64,000 bases of DNA from Escherichia coli (GTDB taxonomy: Bacteria > Pseudomonadota > Gammaproteobacteria > Enterobacterales > Enterobacteriaceae). The stretch is from the NCBI RefSeq assembly GCF_044324785.1, contig NZ_CP172127.1, one strand, 5' to 3'. Below the pieces are notes generated by a model. The model did not search any database. It worked only from the letters and a program-made list of their open reading frames with translations, and was not told the DNA's origin. The position numbers and the translations under genes are program-made. This document shows positions 19,809-28,899 of this stretch, piece after piece; the stretch's first letter is position 1; every line of letters starts with the position of its first letter.

Positions 19809-20246
19809 ATGATGAACGTTAAGTCTGTGACTGAGGTTGACGACGCTGTGGTTGCCCGTGTCAGTGAAGTTCTGGAATTCGCATTTCCGGGGCAGAAATT
19901 TGAAGTGCTGAAGGTATGCGATTCCGGCGTTTACAACATGATTAATGTGTACTGGCTGGACGGCCCGACACAGGCTGAAGTGCGGTTTATCACCCGTGCG
20001 TTTGAAGGCAAAAACGGGCTGAGGTTTGTGCACGAATCCCGCGAATTCAGTAATGAATTTGTGCAGGAGTGCATTGACCGGCTTCGCCAGAAGTACGGGC
20101 ATCGCAACGTTCCGCCAGAGGTGACCGTGGAGCGTTACTGGAAAAACGATCTGTGGAAGATTAAAACAGATCGTTTCCCGGGCACTATTGAGGTTGCCAT
20201 CAACGAAATGGGGATGGAAACCAGTAAATACCGGAAGGTTGTATAA
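19809..20246 (+). CDS. hypothetical protein
   Basis: 145 aa with SD GAGAGGAG. Confidence 0.45.
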   Translation: MMNVKSVTEVDDAVVARVSEVLEFAFPGQKFEVLKVCDSGVYNMINVYWLDGPTQAEVRFITRAFEGKNGLRFVHESREFSNEFVQECIDRLRQKYGHRNVPPEVTVERYWKNDLWKIKTDRFPGTIEVAINEMGMETSKYRKVV

Positions 20247-20332
20247 CCGGCTGGACTTTTGACGATGGCGGAATGTGACAATTCCGCTTTTCCCGTGAGG
20301 GCATTGTTCCTCACGGGACAATGCCCTCTTCA

Positions 20333-21331
20333 TTTACCAGAGGAGCATTGATTATGGCTGAATGGTGCAGAAATCGTTTTGAAATCACCGGTAAGTCAGT
20401 CTGTCTTGACGTACTGATTCAGTGGATTGAAGGGAATGATGCCCCCCGGTACCGTCATGCGATCCAGCAGAGCATACTGCTGTTTCTTGCAGGCTGTGCG
20501 GGGATACTGAAACCGGTAAGAACGGTGTCATATCCGCCTTATCCCGGGCTGGTCAGTCACGGTGCCGGCTCAACAACTGTAGCCAGTCAGGCGTTTGAAC
20601 AATGGCTGGGATTACTGACCAGGGATGCCTTCCTTGATCACGAGACGGTGAAGACAATAGATCGTCTTTATCATCAGACAGGGACAGGCGCTATCCGGTG
20701 GAGTAATCTGCCTGATACGGCGAAGGAGATAATCGGTGGTGTGCTTGCACAACAATATGCTGACTGGTTTGGCGTGGCGGATGTGTATGAACGCCCTGAT
20801 AACGCCTTTCTCTGGGAGTCGTTGTTAACATTTGCGGAGTATTCGCAACCCTGTGATATGCTGCAGGTGATGCCAACACGACTGGCCACGGAGCTGAACG
20901 GAAGTGGTGGTTTGCTGAAAGGCACCGGAACGACCCGCAGTTTTTACTGCCGCCAGTTTGGTATGGAGTACCCACTGGGGCAGAATGTCCGGTGGAAACG
21001 AACCGGGCTGAGTACGTTGATACTGGAGTTTGATACCATCTGGTGTCCGCCTTCAGGTGTACTGGTGGGGGAGATTTCGGCAGTGTTTGACTGTGAGGTC
21101 CGTCACTGGTACAGCGAGCCGAAGAACGGAATCAGAGGCTATGACTGTTATGATGGTGGTGAACATACGGACAGCAATATGGAAGCCGAATGGCCACACT
21201 CTGACGATGAGGGGGAGGTCGCGGAGCATGAGCAGCCACAACTCTGTCTGATCAGGGACACGCAGCCAGGTGAACGCGTCATGGCATTAGCATCAGTCGA
21301 GTCCCCGGGGCCAGTAGTAAAAATAGTGTAA
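20333..21331 (+). CDS. hypothetical protein
   Basis: 332 aa with SD AGAGGAG; acidic C-terminus. Confidence 0.45.
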   Translation, partial: FTRGALIMAEWCRNRFEITGKSVCLDVLIQWIEGNDAPRYRHAIQQSILLFLAGCAGILKPVRTVSYPPYPGLVSHGAGSTTVASQAFEQWLGLLTRDAFLDHETVKTIDRLYHQTGTGAIRWSNLPDTAKEIIGGVLAQQYADWFGVADVYERPDNAFLWESLLTFAEYSQPCDMLQVMPTRLATELNGSGGLLKGTGTTRSFYCRQFGMEYPLGQNVRWKRTGLSTLILEFDTIWCPPSGVLVGEISAVFDCEVRHWYSEPKNGIRGYDCYDGGEHTDSNMEAEWPHSDDEGEVAEHEQPQLCLIRDTQPGERVMALASVESPGPVVKIV

Positions 21332-21340
21332 TGAAACAAT

Positions 21341-21366
21341 GCGCCACATTTTGTGGCGCTTTTTTA
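21341..21366. terminator. hairpin terminator between convergent genes
   Basis: GCGCCAC-ATTTT-GTGGCGC then T-run. Confidence 0.5.
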
Positions 21367-21412
21367 ATAAATCAGTGATGGCAGAGTTGTTATTGTAAAT
21401 AACTCTCCGTGT

Positions 21413-24328
21413 TTACTGAGTCAGTTTTTTTATCAGGTCGTGAATTTTATCACCTGAAAACTGGGTCATGAAAGTTATCTTTATGGATTTACTGATTTGT
21501 TCGAAGAGTTTCTGTGCATGTTTTATTTTATCGCGTTCTTCATGTCTGAGTTCACGTTTGCCATCAACATTTTTGGTTTCAATAATAAGGTTCAGATAAT
21601 CACCCTTTGACGTGTTTACAACATAAGCGAAGTCAGGGGAGTAAGTGTATCCTCCCGCTACAGGAATTTTTATTGAATTTTTGGGGATCTTTGTGAAGAC
21701 AATGACTGACCTGACCTCACCCTCTGTCATATTGAGTTTTTCAAGTTCTGAATCATAAAATACTTCTTCAAAAAGATAAGAGTCCAGTGGAGGGCTTGTA
21801 TTATCCTGTAAAACGCCAAGATCACTTGACAATACATCAGCAAGATAACCGCCGTCTGCATTGGTGAATTTCGTGGGATGGACAGTTCCTGATATTACAT
21901 TATACCCAAGGCTGAATTTACTGAACGAGTTATTAAGCAAATACTTGCTGAAACCAGATTTAATTTTTCTGATTGTCTGAATGTTAAGGTATTCAGTTAT
22001 ATTTATGATGTCTTTTATATCACAAAAAACCTTATGCATGGTGTCATGTTTGACAAAAATAGTCTGTGATAATTTATCAAGGAATTCACGATAGCTCATT
22101 GTGTTTATTTTGTGAAAATTATCCTCATCAACACTGAGAATGCTTTTCGACATTGCCGTATCATTATGGATATAAATTCTTTCAATACGAGTATGAGCAC
22201 CGGATTTGGTAAATCTGTCTGCTTCTTCCAGCATAAACGCTCTGAAAAGGGATAAAAACTCACGTTCACTTTTTATTTTATACTCAATCACGACCTTTTG
22301 ATTGATCAAGTCCCATAGTTCTTTCAGCTCACTGAACTTACCAACACGCATTTTAGTGCGTCTTTTTCCATCAGAGGCTTTTTTTATTTTGCCTGGTTTC
22401 ACTCCTGCAGGAAATGCTGCCGGATATCTGGCTTTTAAGCGGCTATAGGCATCTGAATCTTTGAAGTTATCATTATCATCAATGATCTCATCACCAAAAA
22501 TTTCATTCAAGAGTGTTCTGGAGGAAAGCTCCGGATATTGAGACAGGATTTTATCCTTAAGCTCCTGAGTAAACTTACCTGGAACAGTCTCTTTGAAAGA
22601 ACTATCGTTGATCTCTTTGACAAGAGAATCGACAAAATCTTTTTCTGTAAAATCAACATAATAGTTGAGGGTAAAATTGCGGTCTTTCACACGACACATG
22701 TATTCATTCACCGGAAGACGTAAACCACGCCCTACTTCCTGAAGTTTAGATGTGGTGCTACCGCTCGAACGGAGCTTACAAATCTGAAAGACATTTGGGT
22801 TATCCCATCCCTCACGCAACGTCCATTTAGAGAAAATGAAACGGCGAGGATTTTCTAAAGACAATAGAAGCTCTTTATCATGAAGGATTTCGTTGATTTC
22901 CTGCTCAATTTTATCATCTTTATCACTATTATCTTTTGAAAAATAACCACCATGAACAGAAGATATATCCTTAACAGTTTTTTCAAGGTAGTTTCTGTAA
23001 AACTCATCTTTTTCTGTTTTTAACAGTTCATTTGCTTCTGCCAAAACGTATTCTTCGAACTTAGTTTTCAGGCTTCCTGCAATATCATTACCATCACGAT
23101 AGCCTTCAATGTCATCAATGAAGAAAAGAGTAAGAGGTTTTATGCGTGGCCTTTGTGTCAGATACTCTTTTTCTAACTTAAAGTGTTCTTTGACAGCTTT
23201 ACGTATCATGTTATCAGCAAGTGTCTGATCGTAAGAATAGGGGTTTATCGAACTACCAATTTTTAGCTCAATACCATTACTCAACACTGCTGTATTCTTA
23301 TTTAAAGCATCAAGAGTTAAATCATGGATCGCACTATGCGTCTTAGATAGTGATTCACCTTTGGCTAACTTAAAAATTTTTTTATTATTATTTTCGTTCA
23401 GTTCAAATGTAGCTTCTTTTCCGTCAGATTTGACCAACTTGAGGTTGGCATTACCATCACCAACTATATCCTCAATGTATGCATCAATACCTTTAACAAG
23501 ATCTTCATTGAAGGCATCTACGGCTGTAAGACGATAAACTAAGTTCTTATAGCCTTCACTAAAGGTTGCACCATAGCGGATGATATATTGGGCATTAAAT
23601 TTTTGAATATGTTCCCATGTCTTTTTACCAGTAGGAAATTTATGAGGCTCATCAATGATAATGAATGGTTTTATCGCACTAAGTGCAGAAAATGGGGTAT
23701 CAAACTGATTATTAAGCAAGCCAACATCATAAGTGTCAGTTAAAGACTTAGAGTTAATCATCCCTGAATTGATCACAAGAATGTGTATATATTTCTTATT
23801 GAAATTACTTGCTTCAACAAAATCATGGATAGCTTGAGGTATATACGATTTTGTATTTTTACCCGAACGTTTCTGACTTTCAACAACGTAAGTCTTTAGT
23901 TCACGCTCGTAATCATCTCGAAAGTGTTCTTTTATAGCATCGCTTTTTAAAAAGTTAACGGTTCCGGCTTTGATCGATAGGGTAGGAACAATGATGATAA
24001 ACTTGTTAATACCAAATGATTTGTTCAGGTCAAAAATTGTTTTGGTGTAAGTATAAGTTTTACCTGTACCTGTCTCCATAGAAACATCAATTACGTTGCT
24101 TTTAGCATCGTAATTATCTTTTGAGTGCTCAATACCATTGAACTCCTGAACATTTTTTATGTTGTTGTAGTATTGTTGTTCAGATAGATTCAGTTCTGGA
24201 TTAGCTAACAGGCGAATTGCAACATGATCCGTCTGATGAGGTATGGCGGATACAAAGACATTCATTACCGAATCAACGCCAGCCTTTTGATGAGGTAAAT
24301 TTTTTTCGAATGTGAACCCTTTAGACAT
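21413..24328 (-). CDS. res: Type III restriction endonuclease, Res subunit
   Basis: 971 aa; helicase motifs METGTGKTYT and IIIDEPH; C-terminal PD-(D/E)xK-like region; size typical of EcoP15I-like Res; AT-rich. Confidence 0.85.
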   Translation of the reverse strand: MSKGFTFEKNLPHQKAGVDSVMNVFVSAIPHQTDHVAIRLLANPELNLSEQQYYNNIKNVQEFNGIEHSKDNYDAKSNVIDVSMETGTGKTYTYTKTIFDLNKSFGINKFIIIVPTLSIKAGTVNFLKSDAIKEHFRDDYERELKTYVVESQKRSGKNTKSYIPQAIHDFVEASNFNKKYIHILVINSGMINSKSLTDTYDVGLLNNQFDTPFSALSAIKPFIIIDEPHKFPTGKKTWEHIQKFNAQYIIRYGATFSEGYKNLVYRLTAVDAFNEDLVKGIDAYIEDIVGDGNANLKLVKSDGKEATFELNENNNKKIFKLAKGESLSKTHSAIHDLTLDALNKNTAVLSNGIELKIGSSINPYSYDQTLADNMIRKAVKEHFKLEKEYLTQRPRIKPLTLFFIDDIEGYRDGNDIAGSLKTKFEEYVLAEANELLKTEKDEFYRNYLEKTVKDISSVHGGYFSKDNSDKDDKIEQEINEILHDKELLLSLENPRRFIFSKWTLREGWDNPNVFQICKLRSSGSTTSKLQEVGRGLRLPVNEYMCRVKDRNFTLNYYVDFTEKDFVDSLVKEINDSSFKETVPGKFTQELKDKILSQYPELSSRTLLNEIFGDEIIDDNDNFKDSDAYSRLKARYPAAFPAGVKPGKIKKASDGKRRTKMRVGKFSELKELWDLINQKVVIEYKIKSEREFLSLFRAFMLEEADRFTKSGAHTRIERIYIHNDTAMSKSILSVDEDNFHKINTMSYREFLDKLSQTIFVKHDTMHKVFCDIKDIINITEYLNIQTIRKIKSGFSKYLLNNSFSKFSLGYNVISGTVHPTKFTNADGGYLADVLSSDLGVLQDNTSPPLDSYLFEEVFYDSELEKLNMTEGEVRSVIVFTKIPKNSIKIPVAGGYTYSPDFAYVVNTSKGDYLNLIIETKNVDGKRELRHEERDKIKHAQKLFEQISKSIKITFMTQFSGDKIHDLIKKLTQ

Positions 24329-24330
24329 GA

Positions 24331-26367
24331 TTAGTTCCTTACCACCAAATCTAAATCAATAGATTTTTTATTAGCATAACTTTTTAGTGCTTCATTGAGT
24401 TCCATCTGTTTCGCACTTTCGAAGTTGCTGCCATAAAATACAACTTTGTTAGGGGCAAAGTCTTTGTCTGCATCCAGCTTTTGAAGTAAAGCTTTCAAAG
24501 CCTCACTTGTGAAATTAGGCGCAATTAGATATAGCCGACCATCGCACAAGTGTGCTTTGTAGCCATTAAGGTCAATATCTTCAATTGGTGTTGTTAGCAA
24601 GCTGCCATCATACACGCACCATGTCGTCAATAGAGTGTCATACTGCTCTGGTGTCAATACAGCATCGTCAAAGAAACTAAGATTAGAAAGCGTAAGTTCA
24701 GACTCATCTTTCACTCGAAAATCATGAACTGTTTCAAATATTTTAAATCCCAAATCTCCATTATAATTAGGATTATCTTTTTTCAGCTTTTTTCCTGCCT
24801 TAATAATTCTGTCTTTTGTTATATTGAAGATGGATTTATACCCTTCTTTATAGGCTTGTTTCTTTTTATCTGTTTCTTCATCTAATTGAACACAGATGAA
24901 GTTTCTTTTCCTGCCGTCTTCAATATTTAACTCCAGAATACCATGAGCTGTAGTTCCAGAGCCAGCAAAAAAGTCAAGATAAATGTCTTTATCTTCGGTT
25001 TTTACTGAACCAAATAGTGTTTTTATTAAACTTGTTGGCTTCGGGTAGGAGAAATATCCTTTCCCACCAAAAAGATTTTCAACCTCAACACCACCATCAC
25101 TTTTAGTTGAAATAATTGATCTTAGTAAAAACTCTTCAACTTCATCTAAAAATTTAACCGAACTGGGTTGGGTGTTTTCTGTACTGGCAAACCAAATTCC
25201 ACCACAAATAACGCTACCATCATGTAGTTTTTTGATATCTGCATACTTTCCATCTATTCTTTTTGCAATATGATTAAAAGTGCCTTCTTTCCAACGCCAG
25301 CCTCTGTCTGGGATTTTGACAGGGTTATTAGTCAAAGGGTGCAATACTTCATACGTGGGTCCAAATGAATCTGCATTAGGCCAGCTCATATTAATTTTAC
25401 CCCATGGCCTATAATCTTCGTTCAAACAGTTGTAAAGAGTAATTCCACGATCATATCCGTTGGAGCTGTAGAATTTTTTGAGTTGCTGCTCTGCTTTATC
25501 TAATGGCACCTTCTCCTTTTTTAACTTTTCAATAAACTGATATACATCATCAATACCATCTTTCCGCATTAAAAATTCTTTACTTATTTCGTTATTCTTC
25601 GCATAAGCAAGGATGTACTCATGGATATTACCAATACCCTTATCATTTTTAGGGATACGTTTATTCCATACAATATTTTCTATGAAATTTGCTTCGCCAA
25701 AAATTTCATCACAAATAGTTTTAAGTTGATTTAATTCATTTTCGTCAATCGAAATAAATATCACACCATCTTCACGTAGAAGCTCACGAGCAATATATAA
25801 ACGAGGATAAATGAACGTTAACCATGCGCTATGGCTGCTTGAACCATTCGTGGTAAATTCAAGTATACGTTTAGCCTCATCAAGATCGATACCTGCCAGA
25901 TCAGAAAGCTGTTCAGGTGTAAACTTGCGATCATCGTTATAGGCGAATCCATCCTTACCTGTATTGTATGGTGGATCAATGTAAATCATCTTCACCTTTT
26001 CAGAGTAAGCATTAACCATATGCTTCAATACTTCGAGGTTATCCCCTTTGATTAACAGATTCTGACTGTTTTTGTTCTCTTCACGTTGGTTATGGTCTTT
26101 ATCTTCGGAGAGTAATGTCTTCGGCGGCAAGTTAGCTAACAGACGGGCATAGGATTTACCAAGCCAGTTCAGGCTGTATGATTCTTTGGAGAGTTCAACA
26201 TCCGATGATTTGACGATTTCAAGCAATTTTTCCTGAATGAACGCTCCATTTTTATCAAAACACTGTGGAAAGTTAGCCTTTAAAATCGCAAGCTGTTTAC
26301 TGTTTGTGGTTTCAGTTTCAGAGAAAAGAGTTTCTTTTTTCAGTTGAAATTGGGGTTGTGTATTCAT
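24331..26367 (-). CDS. mod: Type III DNA methyltransferase, Mod subunit (N6-adenine, beta-class)
   Basis: 678 aa; motif IV IYIDPPYN precedes motif I FFAGSGTT; own SD GGAGG 6 nt before ATG; immediately upstream of res. Confidence 0.85.
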   Translation of the reverse strand: MNTQPQFQLKKETLFSETETTNSKQLAILKANFPQCFDKNGAFIQEKLLEIVKSSDVELSKESYSLNWLGKSYARLLANLPPKTLLSEDKDHNQREENKNSQNLLIKGDNLEVLKHMVNAYSEKVKMIYIDPPYNTGKDGFAYNDDRKFTPEQLSDLAGIDLDEAKRILEFTTNGSSSHSAWLTFIYPRLYIARELLREDGVIFISIDENELNQLKTICDEIFGEANFIENIVWNKRIPKNDKGIGNIHEYILAYAKNNEISKEFLMRKDGIDDVYQFIEKLKKEKVPLDKAEQQLKKFYSSNGYDRGITLYNCLNEDYRPWGKINMSWPNADSFGPTYEVLHPLTNNPVKIPDRGWRWKEGTFNHIAKRIDGKYADIKKLHDGSVICGGIWFASTENTQPSSVKFLDEVEEFLLRSIISTKSDGGVEVENLFGGKGYFSYPKPTSLIKTLFGSVKTEDKDIYLDFFAGSGTTAHGILELNIEDGRKRNFICVQLDEETDKKKQAYKEGYKSIFNITKDRIIKAGKKLKKDNPNYNGDLGFKIFETVHDFRVKDESELTLSNLSFFDDAVLTPEQYDTLLTTWCVYDGSLLTTPIEDIDLNGYKAHLCDGRLYLIAPNFTSEALKALLQKLDADKDFAPNKVVFYGSNFESAKQMELNEALKSYANKKSIDLDLVVRN

Positions 26368-26581
26368 AACGCACCTCCAGAATGCACGGAGGTACTTGAC
26401 GCGGAATTTTTATACAGGCATATTGTTGCGTTGCGTTGCGTTGCGTTGCGTTGCGTTGCGTTGCGTTGCGTTGCGTTGCGTTGCGTTGCGTTGCGTTGCG
26501 TTGCGTTGCGTTGCGTTGCGTTGCGTTGCGTTGCGTTGCGTTGCGTTGCGTTGCGTTGCGTTGCGTTGCGTTGCGTTTCAT
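26318..26581 (-). CDS. leader ORF containing the pentanucleotide tract; encodes (RNATQ)x10; overlaps mod start by 49 nt in current frame
   Basis: ATG at 26581 with SD GAGG; ORF reads through repeat and ends at 26318 inside mod. Confidence 0.4.
   Translation of the reverse strand: MKRNATQRNATQRNATQRNATQRNATQRNATQRNATQRNATQRNATQRNATQQYACIKIPRQVPPCILEVRYEYTTPISTEKRNSFL
26426..26575. repeat. pentanucleotide simple-sequence repeat (TTGCG)x30 on + strand (CGCAA on mod strand)
   Basis: 30 perfect tandem units counted directly. Confidence 0.95.
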
Positions 26582-26614
26582 TAAATAGCCTCGAGTTTCG
26601 TTTTACAGGTTTTT

Positions 26615-26643
26615 ATTCTAACCTGAATTGTTGATTTTCTGAA
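26615..26643 (-). promoter_or_regulatory. candidate sigma70 promoter for leader-mod-res
   Basis: -35 TTCAGA and -10 TAGAAT with 17-bp spacing on minus strand, about 30 nt upstream of leader ATG. Confidence 0.35.
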
Positions 26644-26661
26644 TAAGTCTGACGTCAGTTG

Positions 26662-26830
26662 TTACGGGAAGGTATCAGAGTGGCTAGATGCACTGTGGCA
26701 CGTCTCATGGCGGTTATGGGGCTTGCCGGCGTTCTCCGGGGGGTAAAGCTCCGTGCTACTGTCACCTGGAACGCCGTTGCCGCAGGCGACCGCGTAAACC
26801 GTCTGTACCGCCCGGGCCCAATATTAAGAA
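26662..26830 (+). pseudogene. short remnant resembling IS3-family transposase OrfB N-terminal region
   Basis: translation VARCTVARLMAVMGLAGVLRGVKLRATV...DRVNRLY resembles the RxxVARLMRxxGL pattern of IS3-family OrfB; GC-rich patch in AT-rich context. Confidence 0.3.
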
Positions 26831-26858
26831 CTAACGTCATACCAGGGACGTTGTCTGA

Positions 26859-27872
26859 ATGGATGAGAAGCTAAAACATGCGGATTTATCGTCTTTGCCA
26901 GAGCAGGTGAGGGTTGCCGCTAGGGAGCTTGTTGACCTGAAGTTTCGTATCGATATGGCAGCAAGAGGCGGTACGTCAGGGATACCACTTGACCTGCATG
27001 GGAGGATGACAGGAGGAGAATGGGGGCCGCATTGCGGGCTGGAATTTTTCTGCAGCATCATTCCTTTTTTCCCGCGAGATTTTGAAACCTGTTCAGTAAC
27101 TGAAATGTTGGTTCCTACCTTACATACCTTCGGCTGCAACTGGCGTTGGTGGCCCGATCGTTATTGTAGCGACAAAGATGAACACTATATACGGCGTCAC
27201 ATTTTTTCTGATTACGGGCTGAAAAGTACGAGCTATACCTTCATTCCTCAGTTGGGATTGTTCTGCCCGAGTGAAGGTAAAAATCGTGTTAACTTCTGCC
27301 GCCATCACGGTATCGAATATATCCCCGCACAGGTTTATTCCCATGATTACCCAGAAGCAAATCGAATCTCTGTGTACGTTCAGGATACTGCCGGAGGGCT
27401 GGATGTGTGGGCCGTTCTTGATAATCGCTATGTTCAGAAGGTTACTCACTATGCCTTTGCGCTCCCACTTTTGTGCGCTTATGGGGTAGAGTTCCCAGGT
27501 AAGTGGCCAGCAGGATGGCCATCGATATCGGACCTCCTGGCTAATCAACTGTGTTGCACTGATGACACAACCTTTCATAAACCCGTGATCGATATGCAAG
27601 CTGTCAGGGATACGCTGGATCGTGATGAGAACAGCAGAGAGGATGGGGAGATGTATGTCAAAACCAATGTGGTTGAGCTGCCGCTGGCCGGGCTGGTTCG
27701 CTTCATTCTGATCGCAATGTTACTGAGTTTAGGTGCGTTGTTCATCCACGAGGTACTGGATGAGGGAAGCCTGTCCAGGATTGCACTGGGAATAAGCACT
27801 TTCACGGCTGGCGTGGTTGCTTCGTTTTTTATCCCAGCGTTCCGTATCAAGAAAAAATATCTTCGCAAATAG
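26859..27872 (+). CDS. hypothetical protein with C-terminal double TM anchor
   Basis: 337 aa; Cys/Trp-rich soluble domain then two hydrophobic helices; no family recognised. Confidence 0.45.
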   Translation: MDEKLKHADLSSLPEQVRVAARELVDLKFRIDMAARGGTSGIPLDLHGRMTGGEWGPHCGLEFFCSIIPFFPRDFETCSVTEMLVPTLHTFGCNWRWWPDRYCSDKDEHYIRRHIFSDYGLKSTSYTFIPQLGLFCPSEGKNRVNFCRHHGIEYIPAQVYSHDYPEANRISVYVQDTAGGLDVWAVLDNRYVQKVTHYAFALPLLCAYGVEFPGKWPAGWPSISDLLANQLCCTDDTTFHKPVIDMQAVRDTLDRDENSREDGEMYVKTNVVELPLAGLVRFILIAMLLSLGALFIHEVLDEGSLSRIALGISTFTAGVVASFFIPAFRIKKKYLRK

Positions 27873-28012
27873 TTGTGGCATTTCTTGAACACTTTTTCGA
27901 GACAGGTTCAACCGCAGGCATTCAGGCCAAACATGCGGTTAAACTACGTATTCAATTAACTGCCCTAAATATGGCTAAGCGCCCGGACGATATGTCTGTC
28001 TGCACCTAGGTG

Positions 28013-28142
28013 GAAATTACACCCTCTAAAGGGAGCTGATCTTAGAGGTCATTGGGAAATATCAGTAAACTCTAACTGGCGAATTACCTTTCGATTTGAA
28101 GGCGAAGACGCAATTCTGGTTGACTATCAGGATTATCATTGA
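28013..28142 (+). pseudogene. higB/RelE-like toxin, C-terminal fragment only
   Basis: KGADLRGHWEISVNSNWRITFRFEGEDAILVDYQDYH matches HigB C-terminal consensus; N-terminus absent (in-frame stop upstream). Confidence 0.5.
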
Positions 28143-28204
28143 GGGATAACTGAACCGCCCCGGGAATCCTGGAGACTAAACTCCCTGATAAAGAGGTAAA
28201 CAGA

Positions 28205-28546
28205 ATGACTAAAAATACTCGTTTTTCCCCCGAAGTCCGTCAGAGGGCGATTCGTATGGTTCTGGAAAGTCAGGGCGAATATGACTCACAGTGGGCGGCA
28301 ATTTGTTCCATTGCCCCAAAGATTGGCTGTACACCGGAGACTCTGCGTGTCTGGGTACGCCAGCATGAGCGGGATACCGGAGGCGGTGATGGCGGGCTCA
28401 CCACCGCTGAACGTCAGCGTCTGAAAGAGCTGGAACGTGAAAATCGTGAACTGCGCCGCATCGTCTATGGAAACGACATTCGTGCTGGATGCTCTGGAGC
28501 AGGCGTTATGGGCCCGTCGACCGTCCGGCACAGTCCATCACAGTGA
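28205..28546 (+). pseudogene. IS629-like transposase OrfA, 3'-disrupted
   Basis: [85 protein letters not shown] then divergent tail. Confidence 0.6.
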
Positions 28547-28853
28547 TAAAGGTTCTCAGTATGTATCGCTGGCCTACACACAGCGGCTTAAGGAAGCCGG
28601 ATTACTGGCATCAACAGGAAGTACTGGTGACTCGTATGACAACGCGATGGCGGAGAGCATCAATGGCCTTTACAAAGCGGAGGTAATACACCGTAAGAGC
28701 TGGAAAAACCGGACAGAAGTGGAGCTGGCCACACTCACGTGGGTGGACTGGTATAACAATCGACGATTGCTGGAAAGGCTGGGCCATATCCCACCGGCAG
28801 AAGCAGAAAAAGCTTATTATGCTTCCATCGGAAACGATGATCTGGCAGCCTGA
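28437..28853 (+). pseudogene. IS629-like transposase OrfB, C-terminal part only
   Basis: [49 protein letters not shown]... DDE-domain C-terminus. Confidence 0.6.
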
Positions 28854-28899
28854 GTTCACAGATAAAACACTCTCCAGGAAACCCGGGGCGGTTCAAACT

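Larger units (their letters stand above)
28151..28895 (+). mobile_element. IS629-like (IS3 family) element with internal deletion, flanked by 3-bp direct repeat AAC
   Basis: terminal inverted repeats TGAACCGCCCCGGG at both ends; OrfA N-terminus and OrfB C-terminus present, middle missing (about 745 bp versus about 1.3 kb). Confidence 0.7.

Noticed and set aside
26426-26575. Possible CRISPR array (also considered for the 61-bp units at 14166-14347)
   Set aside because: The units are contiguous with no intervening unique spacers, and no cas genes are present; these are simple tandem repeats.
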